Counted from the first letter of the stretch, positions 51,673 to 63,059 are shown. The stretch: 64,000 nt of DNA from Alphaproteobacteria bacterium (GCA_965243045.1 CBDETR010000004.1:840821-904820), one strand, 5' to 3'. Notes: generated by a model not told the origin, from the letters alone. Numbers and translations are program-made.

Positions 51673-52090
51673 GGTTCTTTTTATCTCTATCATATTAATG
51701 CTATTCAGTCCGCTAGCATTGAGTGCATCCTACAATTATGATGCAACTATCATTCGTATCATTGATGGCGATACATTTGTCGCACGCATCAATATATTTC
51801 CTCGATTAGAAGCGATTTATTCAGTGCGAATTTTATCGATACAAGCCCCAGAATTAAGCGCAAAATGCCCTCAAGAAAAACAATTAGCAATACAAGCAAA
51901 GGCACGTTTACAAGAATTACTGCCCGTTGAAAGCAAGGTGCAACTTAAACATGTCAACAAGCTTGATAGTTTCGGGCGTGTGCTTGCCCATGTGCATCGT
52001 GATAAATATGGCGATATTGCTAACTGGCTTATCAAAGAAAACCATGCCGTGCCTAGCGCAAAAGGCAAAAAGCATCATTGGTGTGAGTGA
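51671..52090 (+). CDS. secreted thermonuclease (SNase/ParB-like) family protein
   Basis: Signal peptide, RIIDGDT, VRILSIQAPEL, DSFGRVLAHV; AGGAG RBS. Confidence 0.9.
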   Translation: MVLFISIILMLFSPLALSASYNYDATIIRIIDGDTFVARINIFPRLEAIYSVRILSIQAPELSAKCPQEKQLAIQAKARLQELLPVESKVQLKHVNKLDSFGRVLAHVHRDKYGDIANWLIKENHAVPSAKGKKHHWCE

Positions 52091-52205
52091 GGGCTTTATT
52101 ATTTAAGGGGGGTGTGACTTCGCATATTAATAAAAGGGGGTGCGGTATGGCTTATCGCGATTGAGGCATAAGCCCAATCGCTTGCCATAACCCCCAAACC
52201 CCCGC
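52088..52205. repeat. modular dispersed repeat
   Basis: GAGGGCTTTATTATTTAAGGGGGGTG (shared with about 55330) and a GGGGGTGCG-hairpin-ACCCCCAAACCCCCGC unit at 52136-52205. Confidence 0.85.
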
Positions 52206-52226
52206 GAACATACTAGCGCATCAATA

Positions 52227-52472
52227 TTGCACCCCCGTGAACGTTATTTTCCACTTATCCCTGAATTGATTGAAAAACCATCTGAAATATGGGTGAGCTT
52301 TGCCCGTGATAAAAAGACAGGTAAGGTTATTATCAGAAGGCGTTATGTCAAATTATTCAAACTAGCTGACAGCAAAGAACATGTTTCAATAGTGCTAGAC
52401 CAAGATAACCAGCACTGGTCGGCACTGACCTTTTTTCAAAGCACAGAAGATAGCAAACTCAACAATATATAG
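52227..52472 (+). pseudogene. fragment of a phage PBECR2-like nuclease-fold domain
   Basis: RERYFPLIPELIEKPSEIWV...GKVIIRRRYV pattern; no convincing start, begins right after a repeat. Confidence 0.55.
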
Positions 52473-52557
52473 AAAAAGATAGCAAAAATGCTTCAAATAT
52501 TTTTCCTACACAGGAAAAGGTATTTTTTGATTACACAACTATTTCATATAAATAAAG

Positions 52558-52662
52558 ATTCCCCTACCCATCATCAAAACTTGCTAGCAAGGTTTTAATA
52601 TCACGAATGCGCCTTTTCCCAAGCTTCGGCTGGGAGGTGGCGCTATATGTCCAAGCGTTTCG
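52558..52662. repeat. direct repeat copy (partner at 48710-48875)
   Basis: Matches 48710-48766 joined to 48820-48875 at an ATGCGCC microhomology. Confidence 0.8.
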
Positions 52663-52940
52663 TCAAAAAGCGCATCTATGCCACAAGATTTTTTTCGCAA
52701 ATCAAATGATAGTAAGGACAAAGAATACGATATTATTAGAAAATGCGCTTATTTAACTATCTATAAAAGTATTAAGGTTAAGTATGATTTAAGTTTCCGC
52801 AAGAATGATATTGAATTCTTAAAATCGTGCGAGGGTTGCCTTAAATAATTCACCCTTGATTGCAAACCTATAAAATAGTAATATCCTCCCTATCAAACAT
52901 ATGATGATTTGCGTTTATAAAAAGATAGGGGTGCAAACTC

Positions 52941-54162
52941 ATGAAAAAATTAGAATTAAAATATGTCGCTATTTTTTGTGCTTTTACCCTTGCCATTGCT
53001 GTTATTGCTTATTTTATCCTTGCTCCTACCCCTGAATATAATACCTCCCCCACCTCTGAATATGATTCAGATGCTTTAGTTGAAAGAGATGGTATTTATA
53101 ATGAAAAATTCTCTGATGTGCCTATCACGGGTGAAGTTATAGGCTATGATGAAGTTGAACAATTAGAAGCAACGCTTGATATCAAAGATGCCAAACAAGA
53201 TAATACACAAGATGAGTTTATTGAACTTTCTAATGAAAGTGAAAAGTTAGAAGCAACGCTTGATATCAAAGATGCCAAACAAGATAATAACCAAGATGAG
53301 CCTGTTGAACTTTCTAATGAAAGTGAAAAGTTAGAAGCAACGCTTGATATCAAAGATGCCAAACAAGATAATACACAAGATGAGCCTGTTGAACTTTCTA
53401 GCGAATATGGAAAATTAGAAGCAACGCTTGATATCAAAGATGCCAAACAAGATAATACACAAGATGAGTTTATTGAACTTTCTAATGAAAGTGAAAAGTT
53501 AGAAGCAACGCTTGATATCAAAGATGCCAAACAAGATAATAACCAAGATGAGCCTGTTGAACTTTCTAATGAATATGTGAAAAGTTAGAAGCAACGCTTG
53601 ATATCAAAGATGCCAAACAAGATAATACACAAGATGAGCCTGTTGAACTTTCTAGCGAATATGGAAAATTAGAAGCAACGCTTGATATCAAAGATGCCAA
53701 ACAAGATAATACACAAGATGAGCCTGTTGAACTTTCTAGCGAATATGGAAAAGCAACGCTTGATTAGAAGCAACGCTTGATATCAAAGATGCCAAACAAG
53801 ATAATACACAAGATGAGCCGCTTGTTGAACTTTCTAATGAAAGTGAAAAGTTAGAAGCAACGCTTGATATCAAAGATGCCAAACAAGATGCCAAACAAGA
53901 TAATAACCAAGATGAGCTTGTTGAAAGCGATAAAAGAAACGGACTTATTAAAACCTATTATCAAAATGGACAGTTAGAATCAGCCATTAATTACAAAAAT
54001 GGGAAACAAAATGGGCTTGCTGAACTTTATTACGAAAATGGTCGGTTATGGGAAAAGATTAATTACATAGCTGACAAACCAGATGGGCTTGTTGAAGTCT
54101 ATTATGTAAATGGACAGCTAAAGGGCAAGGGTAATTACAAAGATGGTAAATTGATAAAATAG
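52941..54162 (+). pseudogene. membrane-anchored MORN-variant (YwqK-like) repeat protein with an 84-bp VNTR, frameshifted
   Basis: N-terminal TM; LVERDGIY...TG; about nine 28-aa repeats; out-of-frame tail YYQNGQLESAINYKNGKQNG...GNYKDGKLIK*. Confidence 0.75.
53163..53925 (+). repeat. 84-bp tandem repeat, about nine copies
   Basis: TTAGAAGCAACGCTTGATATCAAAGATGCCAAACAAGAT... starts at 53163, 53247, 53331, 53415, 53499, 53585, 53669, 53764, 53851. Confidence 0.95.
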
Positions 54163-54178
54163 GCAAAGGCTAGCCTAA

Positions 54179-54270
54179 GTCGCCCCTGCGAAAGCAGGGA
54201 ACCATGCCGGCACTTCTTTCCTTACTGTGATATGGATTCCTGCTTTCGCAGGAACCCCAAACCCCCGCAT
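54179..54270. repeat. REP-like inverted pair fused to the modular repeat end
   Basis: CCTGCGAAAGCAGGGAACCAT ... ATGGATTCCTGCTTTCGCAGG followed by AACCCCAAACCCCCGC; sits between convergent genes. Confidence 0.8.
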
Positions 54271-54674
54271 TAAAAAGGTTTCTTTGAGAAATTTTGCCTA
54301 TATCGTTCTAATAACTTATCTTGCTGATATTCTTCTAACAACTTATGTTGTTCTAATAACTTATTTTTCTCATATTGTTCTAGTAACTTGTCCGTCTCTA
54401 ATTTTGATTTACGGAGAAGTTTTTCTCTTTCTGCCAATTTTAATTCCGTTTCTCTTAAAGTTTTTTCAAATTCTTCTAGGCATTTTTGCCTTTGATTAAA
54501 ATATTCTGTTTTCTCTAAAATATGTTGCTTTATCTCTGCAATAGTAACGACTTCATCAGACGATGGTTCATCTCTAACAAGGCAGTCAGTTTCTTTTTCA
54601 TCTGCTTGAATGATACCGTAAAAACCATAAGTAACAAATATCATCAAAACGCCTATTATCTTGATTAAGCCCAT
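54270..54674 (-). CDS. hypothetical exported coiled-coil protein
   Basis: N-terminal hydrophobic segment; repeated KLLE(Q/E/R)(Y/H) motif. Confidence 0.55.
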   Translation of the reverse strand: MGLIKIIGVLMIFVTYGFYGIIQADEKETDCLVRDEPSSDEVVTIAEIKQHILEKTEYFNQRQKCLEEFEKTLRETELKLAEREKLLRKSKLETDKLLEQYEKNKLLEQHKLLEEYQQDKLLERYRQNFSKKPF

Positions 54675-54723
54675 TTTTTATCCTTTATCTTTAACGAGAA
54701 TATTCTAATCATACTTTGTATTA

Positions 54724-54810
54724 TAGACAATATATACCCACATATAAAGAATAGACAATATATACCCACATATAAAGAGTAGACAATATATACCCACATA
54801 TAAAGAGTAG
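54724..54810. repeat. 28-bp tandem repeat, three copies, in a divergent intergenic region
   Basis: TAGACAATATATACCCACATATAAAGA(A/G) at 54724, 54752, 54780. Confidence 0.92.
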
Positions 54811-54846
54811 AGGTCATTAATTTATTTAAAAATAAGGAATTTAAGT

Positions 54847-55221
54847 ATGAAAAGTATAGAACAATTAAAAAAAGACGAGGCAAGAAAAGTAAATGCAATT
54901 AAAATCAATGAAGGAAGCATCGCAAAAACAAATCGTGAATTTCAATCTGTAAATAAAATGATTGAAGATACAAAGAATGCTATTAACGATATAACTAGAT
55001 ATATAAATAAAGAGGGGCTTAGCGAGGCAGAAATTATAGAAGCCGCTAAAAAGTTCGCAACATTTGAGAGTAGGCAAAATACACTTTTTGGCAGAAAAGA
55101 TAGAATAACGAAAAAGCTACAGCATTACCTAAAAGAACGTAGTAGATTGCAAGGTGAACTAAACCAAATAAGTCAGGAGCTTAAAAAAGCATTGGTTATC
55201 TCTCAATCTATTCAAGCATAA
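54847..55221 (+). CDS. hypothetical coiled-coil protein
   Basis: AAGGA RBS; 124 aa, heptad-rich. Confidence 0.55.
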   Translation: MKSIEQLKKDEARKVNAIKINEGSIAKTNREFQSVNKMIEDTKNAINDITRYINKEGLSEAEIIEAAKKFATFESRQNTLFGRKDRITKKLQHYLKERSRLQGELNQISQELKKALVISQSIQA

Positions 55222-55278
55222 TTGTCGTTTATCACAAGTAACTGATTTTAATAACTTTACAATTCAAACATTGAAAAA

Positions 55279-55317
55279 CTATAGCGCAAGCCAGTGTAAA
55301 ATTCACTTGCGCTATAG
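55279..55317. terminator. stem-loop downstream of 54847-55221
   Basis: CTATAGCGCAAG / CTTGCGCTATAG 12-bp inverted repeat. Confidence 0.5.
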
Positions 55318-55329
55318 AGAAGACGATGA

Positions 55330-55513
55330 GAGGGCTTTATTATTTAAGGGGGGTGCGACCTCGCCTTGTTGATGCGGGGGTCGACATGCGCTCCGCTGAT
55401 GCTGGCAAAAGCCCATCAGCTTCGCGATACCCCCGCTTCATATTATGGGGGTGCGACATTTTATATAGCGTGAGGCAGAAGCCCACGCATAAAAATGACC
55501 CCCAAACCCCCGC
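55330..55513. repeat. modular dispersed repeat cluster
   Basis: ATGCGGGGGTCGACAT (reverse complement of part of 40451/49153 copies), GGCAAAAGCC hairpin, full unit at 55447-55513. Confidence 0.85.
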
Positions 55514-55602
55514 ACTAACTCTATCGATCACAACTCTTTAACATGTAAACTTTCTTGACATTGAAAATGAAATCATGCAAATATCGGCTATAGCAAAATA
55601 AC

Positions 55603-56859
55603 ATGGATAATATCAATATGAATATGAATAAAACCATTCTCATCATTGGCACTTACGATACCAAAGAAGCAGAATTGAATTTTCTAGCAGAGACAATTCA
55701 GGAAGCTGGTGGTAAAATATGGGCAATGGATGTTTCTGTGCTAGGCGATACGGACGCGCAAATCCATACCAGTAAGCACGAAATCATGCAAATGGCAAAT
55801 ACAGATTTGCAGGGTTTGCTGGCTTTAGAGGATGAAAATCTCTCTTTTCAAAAAATGGCTGATGGGGCATCACAAAAAACGGCTGAGCTTTATAGAGATG
55901 GTAAAATTGATGGTATGATTGTGCTAGGTGGCACGATGGGCACTGATTTAGCACTTGATTGCGCGAATATGCTGCCCATTGGTGTGCCAAAACTGATTGT
56001 CTCCACGATTGCTTTTTCACCCCTTATCCCCATTGAAAGATTGCCAACCGATGCACAGATGATGCTATGGGCAGGTGGGCTTTATGGCTTAAATTCTATT
56101 TGCAAGGCAAGTTTAAGGCAGGCTGCGGGCAGTGTGTTAGGGGCGGCAGTTACCGCGCAACCTTACAAACGCGAAAAGCCCCTTATTGGCATGACCAGTC
56201 TTGGGAAAACAGTCTTAAAATATATGGTTAGTTTAGAGCCTGAATTGAGCAAGAGAGGTTTTGAATTAGCGGTTTTTCATTCTACCGGACTTGGTGGGCG
56301 CGCCTTTGAAAATTTGGCAAAAAGCTATAATTTTGCCTGTGTCTTTGATTTTTGTTTGCAAGAAGTTATCAATGGCATCAATCATTCGCCTGTTAACTCA
56401 GGCAACGACCGCCTTACCAATGCAGGGCTTGCCGGCATTCCGCAAATTATTGCACCGGGCGCATCAGATATTATTGATTTTTTAGTGAACGCACCTATTC
56501 CCCCTAATCTTGCAGGGCGCGAGCATCACGCGCATAATCGGTTGATTGATTCTGCCCTTGCCACAAAAGAAGAAAGACGGTTGATTGTGCATGAGATGAC
56601 CAAGAATCTTAAACTTGCCAAAGCCCCAGTCCATGTTTTTATTCCTTTATTAGGCGTAGAAGAATGGGATAAAGCAGGCAATCCTGCTTATCACCCTGAA
56701 GGCTTAAACGCCTTTAATGATGAGGTGAAAAAAATATTGATGCCAGAAGTGCCAACAACATTGCTTGATTGCCATATTAACGACCAAGCATTTATTGATG
56801 CAGTGTTAAAATTATTTGATGATTGGCTTGAAAAGGGTATCGTTAAAAGCACTATTTAA
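55603..56859 (+). CDS. Tm-1-like ATP-binding domain protein (UPF0261)
   Basis: IIGTYDTKEAE, GGTMGT, LPIGVPKLIVST, VFHSTGLGGRAFE, DCHINDQAF. Confidence 0.88.
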   Translation: MDNINMNMNKTILIIGTYDTKEAELNFLAETIQEAGGKIWAMDVSVLGDTDAQIHTSKHEIMQMANTDLQGLLALEDENLSFQKMADGASQKTAELYRDGKIDGMIVLGGTMGTDLALDCANMLPIGVPKLIVSTIAFSPLIPIERLPTDAQMMLWAGGLYGLNSICKASLRQAAGSVLGAAVTAQPYKREKPLIGMTSLGKTVLKYMVSLEPELSKRGFELAVFHSTGLGGRAFENLAKSYNFACVFDFCLQEVINGINHSPVNSGNDRLTNAGLAGIPQIIAPGASDIIDFLVNAPIPPNLAGREHHAHNRLIDSALATKEERRLIVHEMTKNLKLAKAPVHVFIPLLGVEEWDKAGNPAYHPEGLNAFNDEVKKILMPEVPTTLLDCHINDQAFIDAVLKLFDDWLEKGIVKSTI

Positions 56860-56980
56860 AGTTTAGATAATTGCCATAGAGACAATAAAATGATAGGTTG
56901 TTAGCATCCGTTATCTACGCAATGCGCGTTAATAGCGCGTTAATAACTATGAAAATAAGAAAAAATAAGGACATATCATT

Positions 56981-57556
56981 ATGAAAAAACATCTCATCTT
57001 ATTAAGCTTATGCTGTTCATTATGGGGATTTAATATCTCAGCACAGCAAGTGCCAGATTTACCACAATTATTTTTTGAAGATGCCTTAAAACAAGCCAAA
57101 GCAGGCGATGCTGAAGCGCAATATCAGCTTGGGCAAATCTATTATATAGGCACAGAAGCACCACAAGATTATAAAAAAGCCGCAAAATGGACAAAAAAAG
57201 CAGTCAAACAAAAACATGAAAAGGCAATCTTATTTTTAGGTGGCATGTATAATAAAGGGCGTGGTGTTAAACAAAATGCACGCAAAGCAGTGTTATATTA
57301 TCGTCAAGCTGCTGAACTTGGTAATCCCGTTGGTATGGGCGCATTAGGTGCTTCTTACGAAGATGGCGAAGGCGTTCCGCAAAGCAAAATATTCGCACAT
57401 ATGTGGTATTCTTTAGCAGGCGACAAGGGTTATGAGATTATGGCAAGCATGAGCCGATTTTTATCAGACGAATTAACATTAGAAGAATTGGCAACTGCGC
57501 AAGAATTGGCACGCCGTTGCGAGAAACAAAAATACCGTCAATGCGAAGTGATTTAG
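56981..57556 (+). CDS. exported Sel1-repeat protein
   Basis: Signal peptide; AQYQLGQIYYIG, LGGMYNKGRGV, YRQAAELG, AHMWYSLA. Confidence 0.9.
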   Translation: MKKHLILLSLCCSLWGFNISAQQVPDLPQLFFEDALKQAKAGDAEAQYQLGQIYYIGTEAPQDYKKAAKWTKKAVKQKHEKAILFLGGMYNKGRGVKQNARKAVLYYRQAAELGNPVGMGALGASYEDGEGVPQSKIFAHMWYSLAGDKGYEIMASMSRFLSDELTLEELATAQELARRCEKQKYRQCEVI

Positions 57557-57880
57557 TAATCAAAACTTACCATGCACTGCCCATGCACTGCATTGGTCAA
57601 TTACATTTTCAAAAAAGTTAACGCTTTTTTTAACTAAGGCTATCATTAAGCCTTCTGCAATGGTCACAAATTCGTAGATCACCAGTACCAGAAACTCGGT
57701 TCTCACTTTCTATGTTATTTCCTTCCGTACATTTAGTGTTATTATGATAAACATTCTTATTTTTATTTGAATGCCATGGTGATGTAACGCCCATTATCTT
57801 TCCCCTTTTGATAGAATAAGATTCTATATTATTTATTTTTAGGATTAAGTCAATATCTTTTTTAGGAATTATATAATAAG

Positions 57881-58420
57881 TTAAACTTCTAGCGTTCCCT
57901 GAGACTTTGATGGAGAAACGATATTTAAATTATATTCATTACATATTTTACCGTTATCGGTTCTTTCGATAAGTCCCAGTAATGATATTTTATTGCCTTT
58001 ATCAGCATTGTCTCGTGTATGAAATTCATCTACATTATAAATGATAGCGGTGGCTATGTGTATTGCATCACCCATATCCATTATCTTTCCCTTTGGATAA
58101 TTCGGACTATCAGGATGAATATAATAAAAGTTTCTTATTTCTCGTGCTAATATTAAAATATTTGTATTTATTTCTATGTTACCAAAATTAGAATTGTTGA
58201 ATAAATTTATAAAATCTTCTGCTCCCGCACCTTTTGATAATAGTTTACTGGGTAAAACTTCTAAATGAGTGATTGCAGATGTCAAAATAGTATTCATTTC
58301 CTCTTGATTCTCTAATATTATTGACTCAATTCCTGACTTTTCATCCTGTTTTATGTAGGTTTCATTACATAGCCATTCGTAGAAGATGCACGAATCCCAA
58401 TAATACAACTTTTTAGTCAC
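57881..58420 (-). CDS. PIN-domain (VapC-like) protein
   Basis: YWDSCIF, TSAITHLEV, DAIHIATA, FHTRD. Confidence 0.82.
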   Translation of the reverse strand: MTKKLYYWDSCIFYEWLCNETYIKQDEKSGIESIILENQEEMNTILTSAITHLEVLPSKLLSKGAGAEDFINLFNNSNFGNIEINTNILILAREIRNFYYIHPDSPNYPKGKIMDMGDAIHIATAIIYNVDEFHTRDNADKGNKISLLGLIERTDNGKICNEYNLNIVSPSKSQGTLEV

Positions 58421-59246
58421 CTATCAATTCATCCCATTCAATTTTTGGTTTTTCATTATTAGCAAACATTCCGCGCATTTCATAAAAAGATTTTCCAACC
58501 GTTTCTTTATTAGGAAAGAAACATATACTTTCTGCATAAACAATTACTGGGAACGGAGATTCTTCGTTGTAATGTAATATTCCATACACTTTAACTTTTT
58601 TAAACAAAAAGTTAGACATTTTATCAAGCATATCAGGGGTAAATTTACAGCTAATACTTTTAGCTCCATAAGATGGAATAATAATAAATTCATTTTTATT
58701 ATCAATGGCATCAATAGCTTCTAACTTACCAGTCACAGACCCAATAGAAGTGCCTTTGTGCCAAATTTTTCTTATACTTTGCTCTTTTTTTACAATAATA
58801 TTTTTAGCATTTTCCAAAAAAATAGAATCAAGCCTTACCTCTTCAGAATATCCATTTAAGTAGCAATTTTTATAGCCATTCTCGGGTGTAGCAACTCTTA
58901 TAAAAGAAATTTTAATATCTTCGGTTATTCTATCGTCAACAATCTTGCCGTTGGCAACTGTTTGTATTTGTTGCATTCCCCACTCAAATGCTCGGTGTGG
59001 GTTGTAATTCTTAACTTTTGGGCTAGGGCTTAAAAATATTTTTGTAGGATTCTTCTTCTCTACATCCACTATTTCAAATGATGTTCTAACATCCCTGCTA
59101 TTATTATAGGCTCGCTCCATTTTACTTAGCAATACCTTAATTTGGTGAATTTTAACAAGAAAAGAATCTAAACCCACGTTACCATTACGAGCATCCAAAC
59201 CTTCGAAGCACACAGTAAATGCTTGATCTTTGATGTGTTCACTCAT
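58413..59246 (-). CDS. hypothetical protein coupled to the PIN gene (possible C-terminal OB-like fold)
   Basis: 277 aa; overlaps the PIN gene start; GSVTGKLEAID...ISCKF...VKVYG. Confidence 0.6.
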   Translation of the reverse strand: MSEHIKDQAFTVCFEGLDARNGNVGLDSFLVKIHQIKVLLSKMERAYNNSRDVRTSFEIVDVEKKNPTKIFLSPSPKVKNYNPHRAFEWGMQQIQTVANGKIVDDRITEDIKISFIRVATPENGYKNCYLNGYSEEVRLDSIFLENAKNIIVKKEQSIRKIWHKGTSIGSVTGKLEAIDAIDNKNEFIIIPSYGAKSISCKFTPDMLDKMSNFLFKKVKVYGILHYNEESPFPVIVYAESICFFPNKETVGKSFYEMRGMFANNEKPKIEWDELIGD

Positions 59247-59644
59247 CGTCTTACCTTAAATACTTCCATTCATTATTATTTTCTGGCTTGCTATTCATTA
59301 GAATATTCACAACATTTTCAGGGCTATCATCTATACATTCTATGATGCGTGATGGCCTGCCTATTTGATTTTTATTGTCTTTATCATCCATCCGCTTATC
59401 TCTTTAATTGATTGTATGATAAATCTTTATCTTTCATATTATAAGCTATATTATTCATTTGTTGCAAGACATCTTTTTTGCGGTCATAAAAACAATAAGC
59501 AAAAACAACAAAAAAAGCAGAAATAATATAAATAATAGATAGGCTTGCATCATAAGCAAAGCAAGAAATTTGGCAAAGTGAATCGGGGAAAAGGAAAGGT
59601 GGGTTAGGCGATATGCGATAAATCTTTTTATTTTTTAAGGATAA

Positions 59645-61143
<1,499 letters not shown>

Positions 61144-61446
61144 ACACTGACACAAATTAACTGACATATATTTTATGTAATTTACATTACATAAGGCCAT
61201 AAAATGTATCTGTATAACAGACACCTTTTACGCACATCACAAAGGACATGCAAGGGTCTTGAAAGAGCGATTTAAAACAAATCACCTAACCCCCTGTCCT
61301 TTTCCCAATTCTTCACTTTGTCAAACAAACCATGCCATTTTTAAATATTGCATCAAACGAACGATGCAACATATTTTCCAACTAATTGTTGAGAAGTAAA
61401 AACAGCATAAAGGGCATGGAACGAGCGTTTCGTTCATGCAAGCGTG

Positions 61447-61475
61447 AATATAGCGGAAAGGTTTTCAAGATGCAA
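61447..61475 (-). promoter_or_regulatory. sigma70-type rRNA promoter
   Basis: Minus strand TTGCAT-17 nt-TATATT followed by CACGC, about 300 nt upstream of 16S. Confidence 0.6.
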
Positions 61476-61661
61476 GCGTTAAAATGAAAAAATGCATGAA
61501 TTGTATAAATAAATTTATTATAGGCAAAATAGCTGAAAAAAGATGCCACACCACCGAAATGATAATGCTTTTATGCTTGCGAATTATCGGCTATTTATGA
61601 TATATTTATCAGATATTGCAAAAAATACACTTATGAAAAAAAATACTGACATTAGGAAAAA

Positions 61662-63059
61662 ATGAAAATCTCTTTAAAAAATATAGGGCTTTTGAAATCT
61701 GCAGATTTCGAAGTCAATGATTTAACCATTATTTGTGGTGAAAATAATACCGGTAAAACCTATGCCACCTACGCTTTTTATGGTTTTTTATCTGAATGGA
61801 GGAGTTTGTTAGGATATTTCAAGGATAGTCATTTAGAAAAATATGTTAATGTTTTAGATAAAGCAGAGATAGAAAAATTATATAATAATCGCAAATTAAC
61901 ATTAGCTATACCAACATTCAAACAAAAGATGCTTCTAATGTTCGAATCCTTCACAAATGAATATGTTGAGAAATTACCATCAATATTAGCATCAAATCAA
62001 AATTTCAAAAATAGCAAATTTGAGTTTGATATAACTGATGATGACATGGAAACAATATTAAGAGCATTAGAAATAGATAATACTACGATGGTTCTAAATG
62101 ATTATATTATAAAAGTCAAAAGAGATGCCGGTCATATTGAGTTTCACCTTCCGTTAGAATTCAATAAAGACGATGAGTATAAAGAAAATTATCTGGAAGC
62201 AATAAAACTTCTATTAAAATATTCTCTCATAGATAGAATTATCAGAAAACTTATTCCAAGTACATTTATTGTGACCGCCGAACGAACAGGCGCCAGTATA
62301 TTTCGTGATGAATTAAATATCAATCGTGCAAAATTTTTAGATGAGTTAAGAGACTTGCAAGCAGAAAGATTTATGGAATGGCGAAACAAAACTTTGCAAC
62401 AACAAAGCCGTTATCCCTTGCCTATCAAAGACAGCTTAAATTTTATCAATGATTTGCAATTTATTGCCAGAAGGGATAGCTATATTGCGAAAAAACATGC
62501 TGATATATTGCAAGATTTTACAGAAATCATCGGTGGAACATATATAGTGAACGAGGCTGGAATTTACTTTGCACCTAAGGGGAAAAAAACGAGACTCACT
62601 ATGGCAGAAAGTTCTAGCTCGGTACGTTCAATGATACATTTAAGTTTCTATTTGCGGCATGTTGCAGAAAAAGGTGATATTCTCATCATTGATGAGCCGG
62701 AACTTAACTTACATCCTAGCAATCAACGAAAAATTTCCCGCCTTTTTGCACGCTTGGTCAATGCTGGTATTAAGGTTTTTATTACCACCCATAGTGATTA
62801 TATTATCAGGGAGTTAAATACTCTTATTGCGCTAAAACAAAATAAAAAAGCGATAAAAAAAGTTAAAAAAGAATATGGCTACAAAGGTAATGAATTATTA
62901 AATGCAAAACAAATTAATGTCTATATCGCTGAAAATAACAAACTCGTTCCTGCTGAGATTACACAAGAGGGCGGCATTGATGTGAACAGTTTTGACGATG
63001 CTATTGAAGACATGAATAAAATTCAAGATGATATTCTTTTCGGAAGCGATGATGAGTGA
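61662..63059 (+). CDS. AAA_15/AAA_21-type ATPase
   Basis: GENNTGKT, AERTG, SSSSVRS, IIDEPELNLHPSNQ, ITTHSDY. Confidence 0.9.
   Translation: MKISLKNIGLLKSADFEVNDLTIICGENNTGKTYATYAFYGFLSEWRSLLGYFKDSHLEKYVNVLDKAEIEKLYNNRKLTLAIPTFKQKMLLMFESFTNEYVEKLPSILASNQNFKNSKFEFDITDDDMETILRALEIDNTTMVLNDYIIKVKRDAGHIEFHLPLEFNKDDEYKENYLEAIKLLLKYSLIDRIIRKLIPSTFIVTAERTGASIFRDELNINRAKFLDELRDLQAERFMEWRNKTLQQQSRYPLPIKDSLNFINDLQFIARRDSYIAKKHADILQDFTEIIGGTYIVNEAGIYFAPKGKKTRLTMAESSSSVRSMIHLSFYLRHVAEKGDILIIDEPELNLHPSNQRKISRLFARLVNAGIKVFITTHSDYIIRELNTLIALKQNKKAIKKVKKEYGYKGNELLNAKQINVYIAENNKLVPAEITQEGGIDVNSFDDAIEDMNKIQDDILFGSDDE

Noticed and set aside
53144-53530. 128-aa Ser-rich minus-strand ORF
   Set aside because: Antisense read of the VNTR
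53163-53925. 84-bp repeats as a CRISPR array
   Set aside because: No unique spacers; units are in-frame coding repeats; no cas genes in the window
54724-54810. 28-bp repeats as a mini-CRISPR
   Set aside because: Copies are directly adjacent with no spacers
40451-55513. Repeats as integron attC sites
   Set aside because: No clear RYYYAAC...GTTRRRY ends, no integron integrase in the window, and genes are not uniformly oriented
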